Source: Octopus sinensis
Lineage: Eukaryota
DNA length: 64,000 nucleotides
Direction: 5' to 3'
Assembly: GCF_006345805.1 (NCBI RefSeq)
Contig: NW_021833065.1
Span: forward strand, 248,001 to 312,000
Positions 1-13,420 of this stretch are shown piece after piece. The notes beneath the pieces were generated by a model that worked only from the letters and a program-made list of their open reading frames with translations, did not search any database and was not told the DNA's origin. Numbering within the stretch: position 1 is the first letter of the stretch; every line of letters starts with the position of its first letter. A program made the translations under genes and the position numbers.

Positions 1-189
1 GGCATGACGGAAAAATATCAGGAAAATATTCACAATATCGAACAATAAAAGTATTACAGAATGAAAGTAATCAGTTGAAAAAAGTCCTTTCCTACGTATT
101 GATCCTTATTTTCGTCTGTTATTTTATCGATTGCTCGTCGAACAGCTAAGTTTCAAGCACATAAAGGGACACGAGAATGGTCACAAATA

Positions 190-590
190 TACGAGGAGTG
201 AGCTTATAATCCTTAATAGGGTTACAAACAATTTGTTGCAAAGAGCAAGAGATACTAATATGAATCGTATATCCAATAATGATGTATGAATGCTAAAACA
301 GGACAGTTTAACTTAAGATAGAAGAAAAATTGATGTATTCGAAATGTGATGCTGGAGAAAAACAATTTTGTGGACGGAAAGAACACAGATCACTATGACA
401 GCAAATGTAACTTAAGAATACTGTGGAAGCGTTGATTGCCAAGAGGAGGGAAAGCCCTGGATACGAGCGTTATTGGCGAAGTGGCGAGCGGAATGATATC
501 TATGAATCAACTCTTGATGTGTGTGAGGTACCTGTTGAAATCGTAAGTAGTCGAGCATAGGCTACCAACTGGTGACAGGTTTTCACTGTA
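190..590 (+). mobile_element. Degenerate RTE/BovB-type LINE fragment (C-terminal end of ORF)
   Basis: Manual translation with stops and a frameshift gives IVYPIMMYEC*N.TV...DRRKIDVFEM*CWRKTILWTERT. This matches the RTE motif LVFPVVMYGCESWT...RIDAFELWCWRR; a KRRESPG..RW-like remnant follows. Boundaries approximate. Confidence 0.7.
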
Positions 591-1000
591 TTGAATCCCA
601 CTTACAAAAGGATTTAGTCAAACTCAATGCTACGGTAGAATTGTTACAGATAGAATGGAACCTGGAACATTTCTTGTCTTAATTATTCGTTCAGTTTACT
701 TACGGATTTAATGTGAAATAAAATATTGTTTTTTCAATATCATGTATTAAGAACATGAGCATTCTAAAGTGCTTTTTCAAGTCTTCGTATAAATCAAAAA
801 GTAAAATAATATATAAATAAATAGTTGAAAATGGTAAAATTAAGCATGTTTTTTAATTCGTTTTTTTTTTCCTTGTGGTCAGCGATCTTATATCTTTAAG
901 ACTATTCTTTTTATTTATCTTTAACTTTTACTTGTTTGTCATTAGGAGATGTCTATGCTAGGGTTCCCCTTTGAACTTCCTAGTACTTTAAAAAAAAAAA

Positions 1001-1243
1001 CTTGGTACTTGTTCTATTGGTCTCTTGCAGAACAGTCACATTACAGGGGATGTAAACAAACGAACACTGGTTATCAGGTGGTAAGATGGGGACGAACACA
1101 AGCACAAAAGCACTCACACATATACATGATAAACTTCTTTCAGTTTCCGTCTACCAAATCTGCTCACAAGGCTTTGGTCAGTTCGAAGCTATAGCAGATG
1201 CTTGCCCAAGGTTTCATACAGTGAGACTGAAACCATAGCCATG
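1001..1243 (-). mobile_element. tRNA-derived SINE (octopus OK-like family), degraded
   Basis: Reverse complement of the ...ccttgggcaag...gccttgtgag...tttggtagacggaaactgaaagaag core seen in the better copies at 49721-50108 and 56301-56682. Confidence 0.7.
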
Positions 1244-1661
1244 TATTTTTATGTTCCACAATCATTTTAAAGGGCTGAAACTTGGTTACAAATCACAAAA
1301 TTGAGAATGGATGTAGTGTTCAGTAGATTTTTAGAAAATATTAAGAATAAGGAAACTTGAAAGAATTTCTTATACTGGATTAGGTTTAAAAAAGCAGTGG
1401 TTGTCCAAATATGACTTTCTAAACAAGATCAAGTGCTTAATGGTGAAAATAGTCTAATATTGTCCTTTAGATAGGTTTCTGACATTTTCATATTTCTACT
1501 GCTCATTTGCCATCTAGAACCTAAAATAGCTATTTTAGTTAAATGCAATGAAGTGTAATTTAATGTGGGAATCAGTTCATTTAGTTTCTCTTTTTTGCCA
1601 AGACAGTCTGTTTTTTTTTTTTTTTTTTGCTTTTTTAGATGTATTGCTTCTTGGTTTACTT

Positions 1662-1850
1662 AGGCATGGCTGTATGGTTAAGAAGCTTGCTTTGCAACCA
1701 TATGATTTTGGGGCAAATTCATTTTGCTATAGTGCTAGACCAACCAATACCTTGTGAGTGAAATTAGTAGATGGAAACTGAAAGCCCATTGTGTGTGTGT
1801 CTTTTATGTTTGTCTCCTGTTCCTTCAACTGCGTGACAGCCCATGTTGGC
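1662..1850 (+). mobile_element. tRNA-derived SINE 5' part
   Basis: Head ggcatggctgtatggttaagaagcttgctttgcaaccatatg, then the ccttgtgagtgaaattagtagatggaaactgaaag core. Confidence 0.7.
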
Positions 1851-1907
1851 TTTTTTGCATCCCCATAAAATTGGCAGTTCATCAAAAAAGACCTGTAGAA
1901 TAAATAC

Positions 1908-2075
1908 CATACCATCATCATCCATCCATTTTCCATTCTGGTGTGGGTTGACCAGAGCTGGCATGCTGGAGAGGTGCAGGTTCCAGTCTGATTTGGCTTG
2001 GTTTCTACAGTGGGATGCTTTTCCTACTGCCAACTATATTACAGAGTGTACTGGGTGCTCTTTTCATGGACTAGC
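1908..2075 (-). mobile_element. RTE-LINE-type 3' tail (SINE or short LINE 3' end)
   Basis: (CAT)n followed by ttccattctggtgtgggttg...gtttctacagtgggatgcttttcctactgccaac, homologous to the LINE 3' end at 24449-24620. Confidence 0.65.
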
Positions 2076-4419
2076 ATGGGTACTTTTTACCAATAAGAAA
2101 ATATTGGGGTCAGTTTGCTAGACTAAATTCTTCTAGGTTGTGACTCTGCATGGCTAGAGTTCAGTAACTAAAACAAGTAAAAATATATAAAAGAAAAAAA
2201 AAAAGATGTATTTTAAACTAAATCTGAATGTAGAGAGGACATATGAAAGAAGAAAAATAGTCAAGTGTAGAGTTGCTCAAACCACATTCAGTTAAAAAGC
2301 GCCTCAGTGTAATCAGAGTATTCAGTGAACATCATTATCATCATCATCATCATCATATAGTTAGATAAATTTCAAGGAAGTAATTATGTCCTTGATTCAG
2401 TTTTTAAGATAATATACATCTTATTTGAATGATCTTTAAATTTTCATAATTAAGTTCATTTTAAAATAGAATTACAAATCAGCTTTCTTCCTACTTATTA
2501 AATGGTTATTGTTATAGTTAAAAATCATCAAAGCCAACATAATGATTTCATTTAATAGGATTATCTTTATAATCTGTCTTTTTATATCAGACAATACAAT
2601 TGTTTCTGTAGATTTGGATAAAACTTATATTTATTTAATCTTTAGAAATATTGTTGCTTTGTTTCTTCATTAATATAGTGTTGCAAATAAGAATATTGGT
2701 GATCCAGAAAAAGTTCACACTCAAAATTTATACAAAACTGTTCTCTTTATTTTCCTAATGAATCTCTTAATGCATACTAAAAAGACAGTGAAAGATGTAT
2801 TTTGGAAGTTTTTTTTGTTAATGTTCTCAGTATAAAATTATGGTGTTAGTGAAAGTTGTATATAGGATTAGGATTTAAGCTGGCGTGATCCTTCATCAAG
2901 TGTTTATCAAGTTAATCTTTGGGTGGAAATACTCAAATATTTAGAAAAAGTTATCTTTTTCTTACAATTTACTATTCCTTGAGCCTGTCAACTCCATCTT
3001 GATTATTTTATCCTTGCTTCTATATAAACTGTTGATACTTGTTGAGGAAATAGTAATTTAAGCCCAACATACTTTGCACTTGTTATATTTTAGTCTAAAC
3101 TACATTTCCTCTCACTTTATTGCTAAAAGCAAAACACAGTATGTGCCTAGTTGGAATGGAAGGGGGAAAAAAAGGAAGTTGTTTATATTCTACCTTTGTT
3201 TAAATGTTGAACCTATTTAGTGTGAATGTTTAGAGGTGTGTTGGTGTATTTATTTAGAGTGTGATCTTCTAAAAATCATCTGAAATTCTTCCCAAACTGA
3301 TTTTTAATTAATTAAATTGGATTTTGGTTTGTTGAAAGTTCTATTTTTATCTTTAAAAATGCTGAAATTTTAATGTAGTATGAAATCTTTTGTTTTGTTC
3401 ATTTATGGAATTAATGCAGAAGAGAGCTTAATCACTTCCTAAAGTATTTTAAGAATTTTGTCATGAAAGTTCCTTTGTCCTCCTTAAGATATATAATTTA
3501 GCAGGCTGTATGAATACTTGTCATTATGGCTGATAAAGAGCAACAATACATTACTACTTTTGATAATGTAATCGCAGTTAAAGACTTAGAATTTGGAGAC
3601 AGCCTTGATGTAAGCTTTAATTTTTTTTTTTTTTTTTTTTCAGTATTTTATTTTGGAAAATATTAATTTTAAATCAGTCATGTTAATTTTGTTAAATAGA
3701 TATCTTGATGTTATATTTTTATACTTAAGCTCATACAGATGTCTTGTCAAGAGACACTTCAGTGTGAGAGGTTGGAGTAGACAAAATCATGTGATAAATC
3801 AACATTTTAGAAACAATTAGGTTTTTGTATTCAAGACATCTGAAGATTCCATATTTCTGCTAAAAAAAAAAACAAAAAAAAATGTAAGAAAATCTTCCTT
3901 AAATTTTTTTAAAAGTCACCTTCTTTGTTAGTCACTATTCACTCCAGAAAATACTAATATAGTCTTTACTGATAATACTGCTGATGTTTAGCTCACATTT
4001 GATGTTTACATATAGCTCTGTTTTCAATGTTTACTGATTTTAGTTTTAGTTTCTCAGTACAGAAATTCAAGATTTCTTAATAGATTGTTTTAATAAGCAG
4101 ATCATCACCTCATCAGTAATATTCTTAAGTCTGTTTTTCTATGTTGGTATCAAGTGAATTTCACTCACAGCACATTGGTCAGCCCAAGACTGAAGAAGAG
4201 ACTTGCCCAGGGTACTATACTGTGAGAGCAAATCTGAAACCATATGGTTGTGAAAAACTTCTTAACTCCACAGCCATGCCTGTGCCTGCATCTATTATAT
4301 AAGAAAATCATATATAAAAAAAAAAAAGAATTAAAATGTGAAAATTATATTATTTGAGTTTTAGCTATACTTGAAGTGATGTCTCACTTTAGTCCTAACA
4401 GGAAGGCATATTTATTCCT

Positions 4420-4802
4420 CCATCATCATTTTTTACATCATCTTTTAGCATTATATTTTACGTACTTGTATGGTTAGATGGAATTCACTGAGGCAGATTT
4501 TCTATGGTCTGACACCCTTCCTATTGCCAATCGTCACCTGTTTCCAAGCAAGGCAATATTTCCCCTTGGCCAAACATTCACATGTATGATGACAATGTCC
4601 ATTTGGTACACAAACACACACATACATCAATTTATATATGATTGGCTTCTTTCAGTTTCCTTGTCCATTCACAAGGCCTTAGTCAGCCTGTGGCTTTAGT
4701 AGAAGACATGCTTACGGTGTTGTGCAGTGGGATTGAACCTGAAACCACATGGTTAGAAAATAGGCCTCTCAACCACCTTAACCACACAGCCACATCTGCA
4801 CC
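4420..4802 (-). mobile_element. tRNA-derived SINE with RTE-like tail
   Basis: Head (rc of acacagccacatctgcacc) at about 4785-4802, core ttcagtttcc...cacaaggcc, and tail element gacacccttcctattgccaa. Confidence 0.65.
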
Positions 4803-6259
4803 TATTTAGAAAATAGCAACTCAATACAAAGGAGACCATACAAATTGAATGAATACAAATGTCATACAGTGGCTCTTCAGGTATTCCAAATGAGAACTGT
4901 TATTTCCAGTACATCAAAATCATTACTGCAAAATGTATGTTCTGTGTTTAAATATTTGGGACAGTAGTTCATTTGTAAAAAGAATGATATTTAAGTGACC
5001 CGTATTAAGGCTGATTCCAGGGGCGTGGAACTTATATAGTGCTTTAATTTGAAGAATGTAGTTACTTAAAATTGTGTTATAGGTCATGAAAAATTTGAGA
5101 CTGAATAAGTATTTTCACCCTCTCTAACCAACAGAATGATTATGTAATATAAAGATTTGTTTTTTCAAGAACCCTGTTTTAGAATAATGATAGTCAATTA
5201 GCATAACACTTTCCTCTAAAAAGTAAGAAAAAGATAATTCAAAAAGAGCATTGTTTTTCAAACAATGAAACCTTTGCTCAGTATACTATCATACCTCAAC
5301 TGTGGGGCGTTCTGAAGACCAGCTATGGAAAGATGCTTGATGCATTCAACATGCAGATGCTATTGTAATATACCAGCTGTCCAATGGAGGGACTGTCTCA
5401 TGGAGTTGGGAAGGAAGAGAAGATAGTCGAACAACAATCAGTGTTTGCAGCTGAATGCAAATAGCATCTCACATGCTTAGCTATGCTGCATAATAGTCTC
5501 TAACCAAACACACAAAGTAAGCCCTTTTGTGGGACTCAAAGGAATAAAAAAAATCCACTCAAAAATGAATTATTAACAGATGATAATTAGGGGTACCTGG
5601 TTGGTAAACAAGCCCTAAAATGTTGCAATGTGGATTAGCACTGGCTGAGCTAGAAATCTTAGATTGCTTCCTGCATCACACAAGTGTGGAATCTGCTAAT
5701 ACAAATGCTAAATCAAAGCTGTTCTATATAAGTTACTGCTTAAACATTATAGATAGTTTATGTATATTAAATTTGCTTGCAATTGCTTCAGACATTTTGA
5801 GAAAAATAGTTTTCAGTTAAAATATACCTTTTTACAACTATGCATACAAAATTGTCAATATCAGAAATATAATTCTTTTCTCAGTTAAAACTTCTCAATT
5901 TAATTTTGTTTTCTTGTTCTACTCCTCTCAAAATCTTTTATTTATTTATCTTCTAAAATATCTTTCTTGGTGCTCAGTTGCATGATTTTTGTGTACTTCA
6001 GTTTTCCGTTTCCTGATATACACCACCATTGTTTTTAGTTAAACCTTTGCTTTGTTCTCAAGTTTTATATTTTGATATAAAAGATTCTGAAAGTCTTGAA
6101 AGGAGAAGTCTTGATACATAGAATGTGTGATTATTTATTGGTTCTAGTTTAATACATTCACAGATTGCTTCACAGAGAACTTTGAAAATATACCTGATAC
6201 TTTTTTTTTTTATCCTAAGTAAACTAAAGAAAGTATGTTTACCCAGTCTTGTGGTACAC

Positions 6260-6440
6260 AAACAAACTCATCATTAAATATCTGTCTTTTGGGGTCTTCC
6301 TCTTCCATAAGTTCCATCCACATTAAGCAGTCAGCACTTCTTTATACAGCTGCTCTCACCCCATATCTATATATCCTTCTCTCTTGCACACATCTGATTC
6401 CTCTTATGTCCAGATTTTACTATTTTGCCTCCAGAGGCAG
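6260..6440 (-). mobile_element. Old RTE LINE C-terminal fragment
   Basis: ggggtcttcctcttcca read on the minus strand gives GRGRP. tcttgcacacatctgattcctctt resembles the young LINE near 25230. Confidence 0.45.
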
Positions 6441-7624
6441 CTTGTATTTAAGTCATATGAACATTTTCTTTAGTTCTATAAACAATCTTAAAATCAGTTT
6501 TCATATAAATAGGTAATTTTGGGGAATGCAATATAAACAGATGTATAGACTTTTATCTAGTATCCAATATATTTGAAAATCCCGATAGATTGATTACTAA
6601 TCTATAGCTTCATAGTTAGACTCTTACAAATTTATTACTTTTCGCTGAGAAAATGCTTTCCATCAAAAATTTAAGGAAGTTGTCCCTGAAACATCCAAAA
6701 TGTACTTACTAGAAGTCTTTGAATAAACAAAAAGAAAATTATAGAAGACCAATCTCTAGTTTCATAATTTTATTTGTCAATATCATCATCATTGTATTAA
6801 TTTTATTATGCATGGTACTGCAAGAAACTAGGCTACTTTTATTTGAAATTAGTTACGCTTATCAAATGACCTTTCAAAAATTGATCATATTGAATTTGCA
6901 ATTATAGAAATATTTATATTAAGTGTGTCTTACCATAATGAGAATGAATAAAATGTTGGATTAAGACCAAAAGTAATTAATGAATAAACAATATATTGGT
7001 ATAACCAGGTACACAACTAACCAATGTAAAACACATGTCAAAGCACCATTACTACTTGTAGATTAATAAAGAATAATGATTTTTTTTTTTAAATTGGACC
7101 TCTGAAAAGAATTCTTAGCATCAACCAAATACCAAGATTCTCTAAGAAATATGACAATGCAGTATTTTTTTTAAAGAGTTTATAAAGAGCATAGTGTTTC
7201 CCTGTGTATTGCATTGTGTTAGTAATTTCCACCAAGTCACCATGATTTTAAAAACTTCAGATTGAATTGTACTATGGAGGAGTGCATTTTTGTAGTGAAG
7301 TTTTGTGGAGGTCATTGAACTGTTTAGTCTCAGAGAAGATAAATGATAGCATTCTTTCCTGTTTTTTTTTTATTCATTACCTCCACAAAACATCACTACA
7401 AAAATATTTTTGTCTTTTAATTTAAGTTTTTCAAGCACTTCTCCATGATTCAGTCTGAAGTCTGAAGGCAATACATAGGGAAACACTATGGTTTTTATAA
7501 ATTTTTAAAAGACTTTATTGATTCTAAGTGGAATATTAATGCCTACAGCCTACTAATATCTTTCAAGAGGAAAGTAAGAAATTTGGGTGAGATTAATTAT
7601 TACTATTTTGTGAGCGAGTGTACA

Positions 7625-7850
7625 TAGCCTATTTGCTAGTAATGATTGTGAGATCATGGTTTTGATTCCTGGCTTGAACAGTGTGTTGTATTCTTGAGCA
7701 AAATACTTCATCTAATGTTGCTCTATGATCACTTTAACATCTGATATGTGGCACATCATGCACCTATACAGAAAGTGCCTATTTGATGGAGAGAGTGAGC
7801 TTGTGTGCAGTACAAAAATTTCATCACTATAAGCAAATCAACTAGGCAGG
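7625..7850 (+). mobile_element. Degraded tRNA-derived SINE (second family)
   Basis: B-box-like ggttttgattcctgg followed by gtgttgtattcttgagcaaaatacttcatctaatgttgctc; similar to 35695-35910. Confidence 0.55.
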
Positions 7851-9289
7851 TTGTTATTGTAAATGTAGTTATTGTAAAATTAGGTGAAGTGTTTCATTAT
7901 TGTTGTTTACACACAGTCCTATGATCAACAATACTACAACCATAACTATCTCTTGTTTCATATATCTAGAATTAAACTGTGCAATGTCTTTTTCTGTTTT
8001 CAAGATGGTTAGTGTTGACTAAGGAAGATTCGGCTGCTATTTCTAGCCAGTCGTGTGACCATATAGAAACTGCCTTGTTGGTTCATTATGAAAGTATAGC
8101 TGGATAAATAGTGATGGATTGCTTCCAGAATATATTTTTTGTTATCAATGAAATTGATGTGTCTAGCGATAATCCTAATTTAAAATTATCTTTGTATGAT
8201 TACCAACATACACACGGATTTTAGCTGCTTTGTTTGTACTGGACAGAATGAAAATATGTATTCTTTATTAGCTGTAGTTAACCGTAGGTTTCCATGTGTA
8301 AGTTTTCAATGTTTTATGAAATAATGATCGATTCACTATCATAATGAATTGAGGATACAAATATTAGCTTCATGTTTCTAAACAGCAGCAATATATTAAG
8401 TAGGGATGTTGATTAACAAAACAAAAAAAAAAAGGCCTCAATAATTTATTCTGGTAACAAATACTTCATCATGATATTGATAAATAAATGCTACTTTTTC
8501 TGCCTTGAATATTTTTTTAAGCATTTCATGATGAGGAACAGCTTGTATGAGAAAAGACTACTGTGATCTAAATTATTTTACTCTGTTCAGTGGGTTGACT
8601 GAAAATTTGTTAATGATGTATGTAGCTTTATTGAGGAAGGATTGTACATACTCCCTAGTGTGAGACCTACAGAATGAAAAAGTGTAGGTGGTGCGGAAGC
8701 AGAAAGCCAGAAGTGGCAAGTAGTTTAAAAGTGGGTGTGGGATGGTGTAAACTCTTAAGATCAACAACTAAATAAATAAAACTAAACTCATGTGAGTATT
8801 TATCTAGCCAATCTTGTCAAAATAATATTTCAGGATGACAATAATACAATTTGCAGTTGTTTATTAATTTTAAAGGTTTAATTCTACTAGTAAGCTAGTA
8901 AAAATTGTGTCGGCTTCAAGTTAGATGTCCTTATTTAGTGGTTTTGTCGAAAATCCCTTGGTATATTGTTACATGCCATTTATCATTTTTTTTTCTGTTC
9001 TATAAACTATTAAGCACTTGCTTCCTTCCTCAAAACTAAATAATGTAAAAGAAAGCATTATTATTATTTATCATCATTTAACGTCCACTTTCCATACTGG
9101 CATTATCATTACTAGCAAACTTATCCATCTGCGATGGTTAGTAAGAGCAGAGTGCGAACCGAGACAATTTAAGTTGTACTTATTTTTATTCTTTATATTT
9201 GATGGTGTCAAACTATATAGTGTACCTTATTGAACAATGTATATGTAAACATTTACATAACTCATTCATGGTGCTATCTTTACAAAACC

Positions 9290-9380
9290 TCTTTGTAAAC
9301 AAAGTTTCATGCCGGTTGACCCAACCGTTTGGCCGTGATGTGAGTACAGACAGACGGACATTACGCCTATTATAGTATGA
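9290..9380 (+). mobile_element. 3' remnant of a non-autonomous Helitron-like element
   Basis: aagtttcatgccggttgacccaaccgtttggccgtg...acagacagacggacatt...tatagtatgat resembles the end of the element at 52874-53252. CpGs are retained. Confidence 0.4.
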
Positions 9381-11680
9381 TTTTTTTTGATCCTGATGAT
9401 ATTTGATTTATGAATTAAAATTCTTAAACAGTTTATGCCATCATTTCTGGAAGTTTCTACTTGTCCTTAACTTCATAGTTCTTTACTGTTTGTATTTGAA
9501 TTTCATCTGCCAGCAATAAAGCAGATTTTATAACACTTGAGGAATATTGAAAACTATAAATGTTAACTGATACAATTAAACAAGTTATTTGCACAATTCA
9601 AACAATATTTGTGAAAAACTACATGAAAGATTTTTTTTTTCACAGAATTATGTTGACTTGAAACAAAACAAAAATGTAAGGCAATGCCTGATGTGTTTGG
9701 AAAAATCAGTTGGGTTTTATAATAAAGTTGAAAATTTTGAAGTAATTTATTAAAAAGCAATAAAATCACAACATAATTAACTGCTTATCTTAAAACTTTT
9801 TTTTTTCTTTACTTGCTGTTTTAACCAGGCTAGAGTTTATGTAGTGTATTACATAAAGACATCATTGTAAGTTTATTATTTGTATATTTTAGTTAATTAA
9901 TGAGAGGATGTCCTTGTTGAAAATGCTTCACAGATCTTTGTATTTTCTTACTTCCTTTTTCTTTTAATGTGTAACTTTCAATGTGGCTGAGTAGACATTT
10001 GTTTTGCTTTTTCATGATCTGACATTTCTTGCTGGTTTCTGTATTAAAACTTGTCTGCAAGTTATATTCTTTGTCAGACAAAAATAATTGAATTCAGATA
10101 GGAAAAAAACTGTCTCATCTATTCCAATCCTACAATTCTGACTAGATTTTTGTCACAGATTTGTTGCTCAAGTGTGTGAACAACATGTTAGAACATTTTA
10201 TACAAACATTCTGCTTACTGTTGCTTTGAAATTTAAAAATGCTGTTAAAACTAAATATAATGATATAAATATTTGTCTTGAAGATTGTATAGAATATTAG
10301 CTTTAATACCACTTATCTTTCTCTTTACAAAGGTAAATGTATGAGCTAAAATTAATATTAATCTACATTACTTGATATCTAAATTATTTCTTGTACTGAG
10401 AGTTGGCTATTTATCAGTCTAAGCATCAAGTTATTTTAAATAGGAAACTTTAAGGAATGGCTTTAAATATATTTTTGCCAGATGTTGTGTGCTGAATATT
10501 TTGTTGGCACAACTGAGAAGATATCAGTTTTTGTGTTGAGCTAGCATGAAAAGGGATAAATTTTTTAGTTTTTTTTTTTATTGATTGAGGGTTAGAATAG
10601 TTAGGTCTCTGCTTTCAAGAAATAAAAAATACAACTTAATTCAGATATGCTTCTTCTGTCTGAAAAGTTATATAAATTTTAGTCTTTTTTTTTTTTTTTT
10701 TAAGTAACTTCTTTTCCCACTGCATTATTATTTTGATTTCTGCATTAAATATGTTCACCACTACTTAACTATAAATTTTTATGTACATAATGTTTAATTT
10801 TCCATGCCTATTTGGATTACAGTACTGTACTTCAAACTTGTTCTCTTATTACCAGTTTGGCACTACATTGAGGTCTATGCTTTGCTGAAATATATTCAAT
10901 ATTGTCTCCTACATTTGTGAAAATTATTAAAATAATTTTAGCCATTTAACTAATGTTTATTTCTGTTCACTACACTAATATTTCCAATGAAATTTTTGAT
11001 GTTTGGCTTTAAATATGTTCACCCACTTTTAAAGTTAGCAAGTACTGTGTCTTTTCCACAGATACACATCACTATCACTAAAGAATTTGATCCATCAAGT
11101 CATTGTAATTTAGTCAAGATCAAGATTTAAATTTTGTTTACAATTAAATGTTTATTTCAATGTTTTTTAATTATTGTTGTATGCTTTTCAAACATAGATA
11201 GTAAGCAAATGAATAATCTTGCAAGTAATACTAAATCTAATTTGAATAGCTCCCATTTATCATATTTCTGTTGAAATACACTGCTCTTATTTCAATTAAT
11301 TTTGAGAATAATGAATAATTTACTAAAATAACTCTACTATATTAAGTAACATGAAATTTTGATGAAAACTTTTAATTTAGATCACTTTAAATCGAGAAGT
11401 TTGTATATCATAGAACCAGGAGCAGTTTCAAGCAGATTGGTATCAAAGAATTAAATACTTATTCTTATTTCTTTGGGTTAATTCAACCAATGTACAAAAT
11501 GAATTGACTTCAATTCTATGAGAATTTTTTTTTAATAATTTTCTCTTTATTTTAAAATAAAATCAATTTATATATTTTAGGATACAAATCCCATTCTGTA
11601 TTTGAGGTAATTTTGTTACATTTATTGTTTTCTTTACATTTAAATACATACTTATTTCTCCTTTTCTTTTCTTTTTTAAG

Positions 11681-11939
11681 CTTAATGCTGCCAAAAGGGA
11701 TGCTTTTTTTAAAAATGAAGCAGCACCCAAATTTGACCCTAGTGCAAGGTTCGGAATGGAAAGGGAGCGTACACGAGAACGGGAAATAATTACAAAGGAT
11801 GTTGACAATGATCGTAATGAGAAGCACCATCGAGAGGGTCATAAAGAACTGGAGAACTATGTAGGCTTTGCTAACTTACCAAATCAAGTTTACCGAAAAT
11901 CTGTCAAAAGAGGGTTTGAATTTAACTTAATGGTAGTTG
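11681..11939 (+). CDS. SEPT7: Septin-7 coding exon (N-terminal extension to start of G1)
   Basis: Polypyrimidine tract plus AG at 11651-11680. The frame is open: [10 protein letters not shown]...MERER...[30 protein letters not shown]. Donor G|gtaagt, phase 1. The [22 protein letters not shown] motif is diagnostic of SEPT7/Pnut. The 5' boundary is less certain than the 3'. Confidence 0.9.
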
Positions 11940-12542
11940 GTAAGTATCTTATTTTAAATACATTTTAATTTTACCTTTATTCTTTATTGAGAAAACTTAC
12001 GAAAAATGAAATAAAACATGTAATTGCATCTTTCATGTGGCTTTCATAAAAGAAAGTACTTTATATTTTAAGTTATTTAAATGAGAAAATCTTTGGTCTT
12101 CTCATAAACTATCTTAAAATAATTTTTCGTATCAATATTAGATATATAGGCATATGTATATGCCCATATACATATAGCCAATTATTACATATATAGCTTT
12201 TTTATAGCTCACTTCCAATATATTTGAAAATTCCGCTGTCTCACTCCTGAACCCTGGCTCTTCCAAATTCATTATGTTTAACTGAGAAATGATTTGTGGA
12301 TGTTAACCCTGAGACATCCAAACTGTGCTTTATTTATTTATTTTTATTTTATCTTGCAATTTGTGAACAATATTATCATTAGCTATAGGTTTCCAATGGG
12401 CCAATTACTAGTTCATGTCATTTCTGACAGTGGAAATGATGAAGAGGTATAAGTAACTTATTGCAGGACAAAAATCACACTTGTTAGAATCTTTGTATAA
12501 ACAAAGAAACAAAATGATAGAACACATGTCAATAATAGTGCG

Positions 12543-12920
12543 GGTATGGCTGGGTGTTTAAAAAGTTCACTTTCCAACCATATGGTTTTAGTTTCAGTTC
12601 ACTGTGTGGCACACCTTGGGCAAATGTCTTGTACTATAGCTCAGAGCTAACCAAAACCTGAGAGGATTTGGTCGATGGAAGCTGAAAAAGCCAATGTATA
12701 GGTGTGCTTGTTTACGTCTCTTGCCTTGATGTCATGGGATAGTTATAAACAAGCGTCACTGTCATACAAGACAGAAGATCGCACATTCCCAGTCGTCCAT
12801 GAAAACATGTTACTTGGAAACAGGTGAGGTGACAAGAATGCATCTGGCTGTAGAAAACCTACTTCAATGAATTCTATCTGACTCAGGCAAGCATGAAAAA
12901 ATTGGACATTAAATTTATGA
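12543..12920 (+). mobile_element. tRNA-derived SINE with RTE-like tail
   Basis: Head ggtatggctgggtgtttaaaaagttcactttccaaccatatgg, core ccttgggcaaatgtctt, and tail gcatctggctgtagaaa...gcaagcatgaaaaattggacattaaa. Confidence 0.7.
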
Positions 12921-13289
12921 AAAACTTGTCTCTGATTACATATTTTGTTTAACTTGTATTAGTTTTAATATATGTTGATTATCTTGTGGAAGAGATAGAA
13001 TTATTTCTAAGTTAAAAAGTCTTCAGTTGACCACTTAAAGCACTTTATTTAATTGTCAATAATAATTGATTGCCTTTTAATTTGTTACAAAGTAACATTT
13101 GACATTCTGAAAAAATAATTATGATGCAGAATACCAAAACAAATCATTTTTCCTGACAATAATGAGATAGTCATCCATATACATCATTTTAAATACAGAA
13201 AGACCAAAAAATTTTGAGGTTATGTTGGACATTTTTATGTCTTTATAGAATTGAAGTAATTATCTAAGTAATGCCTGTGGTGTTTGTAC

Positions 13290-13420
13290 TCTGTCCAAAT
13301 ACTGCAGAAGTCAACTTTGCCTTTGACCCTTCTGGTGTAGATAAAATAAGTACTAGTCAAGTACTGAGGTCAATATAAGAAATTCTGCACTCCTCCAAAA
13401 TGCGAAGCTTTGTGCCAAAT
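13290..13420 (+). mobile_element. SINE central-domain fragment
   Basis: gtcaactttgcctttgacccttctggtgtagataaaataagtact; the same domain recurs at about 33150, 47860 (minus) and 48850. Confidence 0.55.

Noticed and set aside
493-548. ATG-containing frame and a perfect gtaagt donor at 543 as a possible SEPT7 first exon
   Set aside because: The ATG frame gives phase 2, not the phase 0 needed. The phase-0 frame has no ATG, and the region is a decayed RTE C-terminus.
10300-10340. Pyrimidine tract plus AAG|gtaaat as an exon end or ratchet point
   Set aside because: AAG is a weak acceptor, there is no upstream ATG frame, and nothing else supports it.
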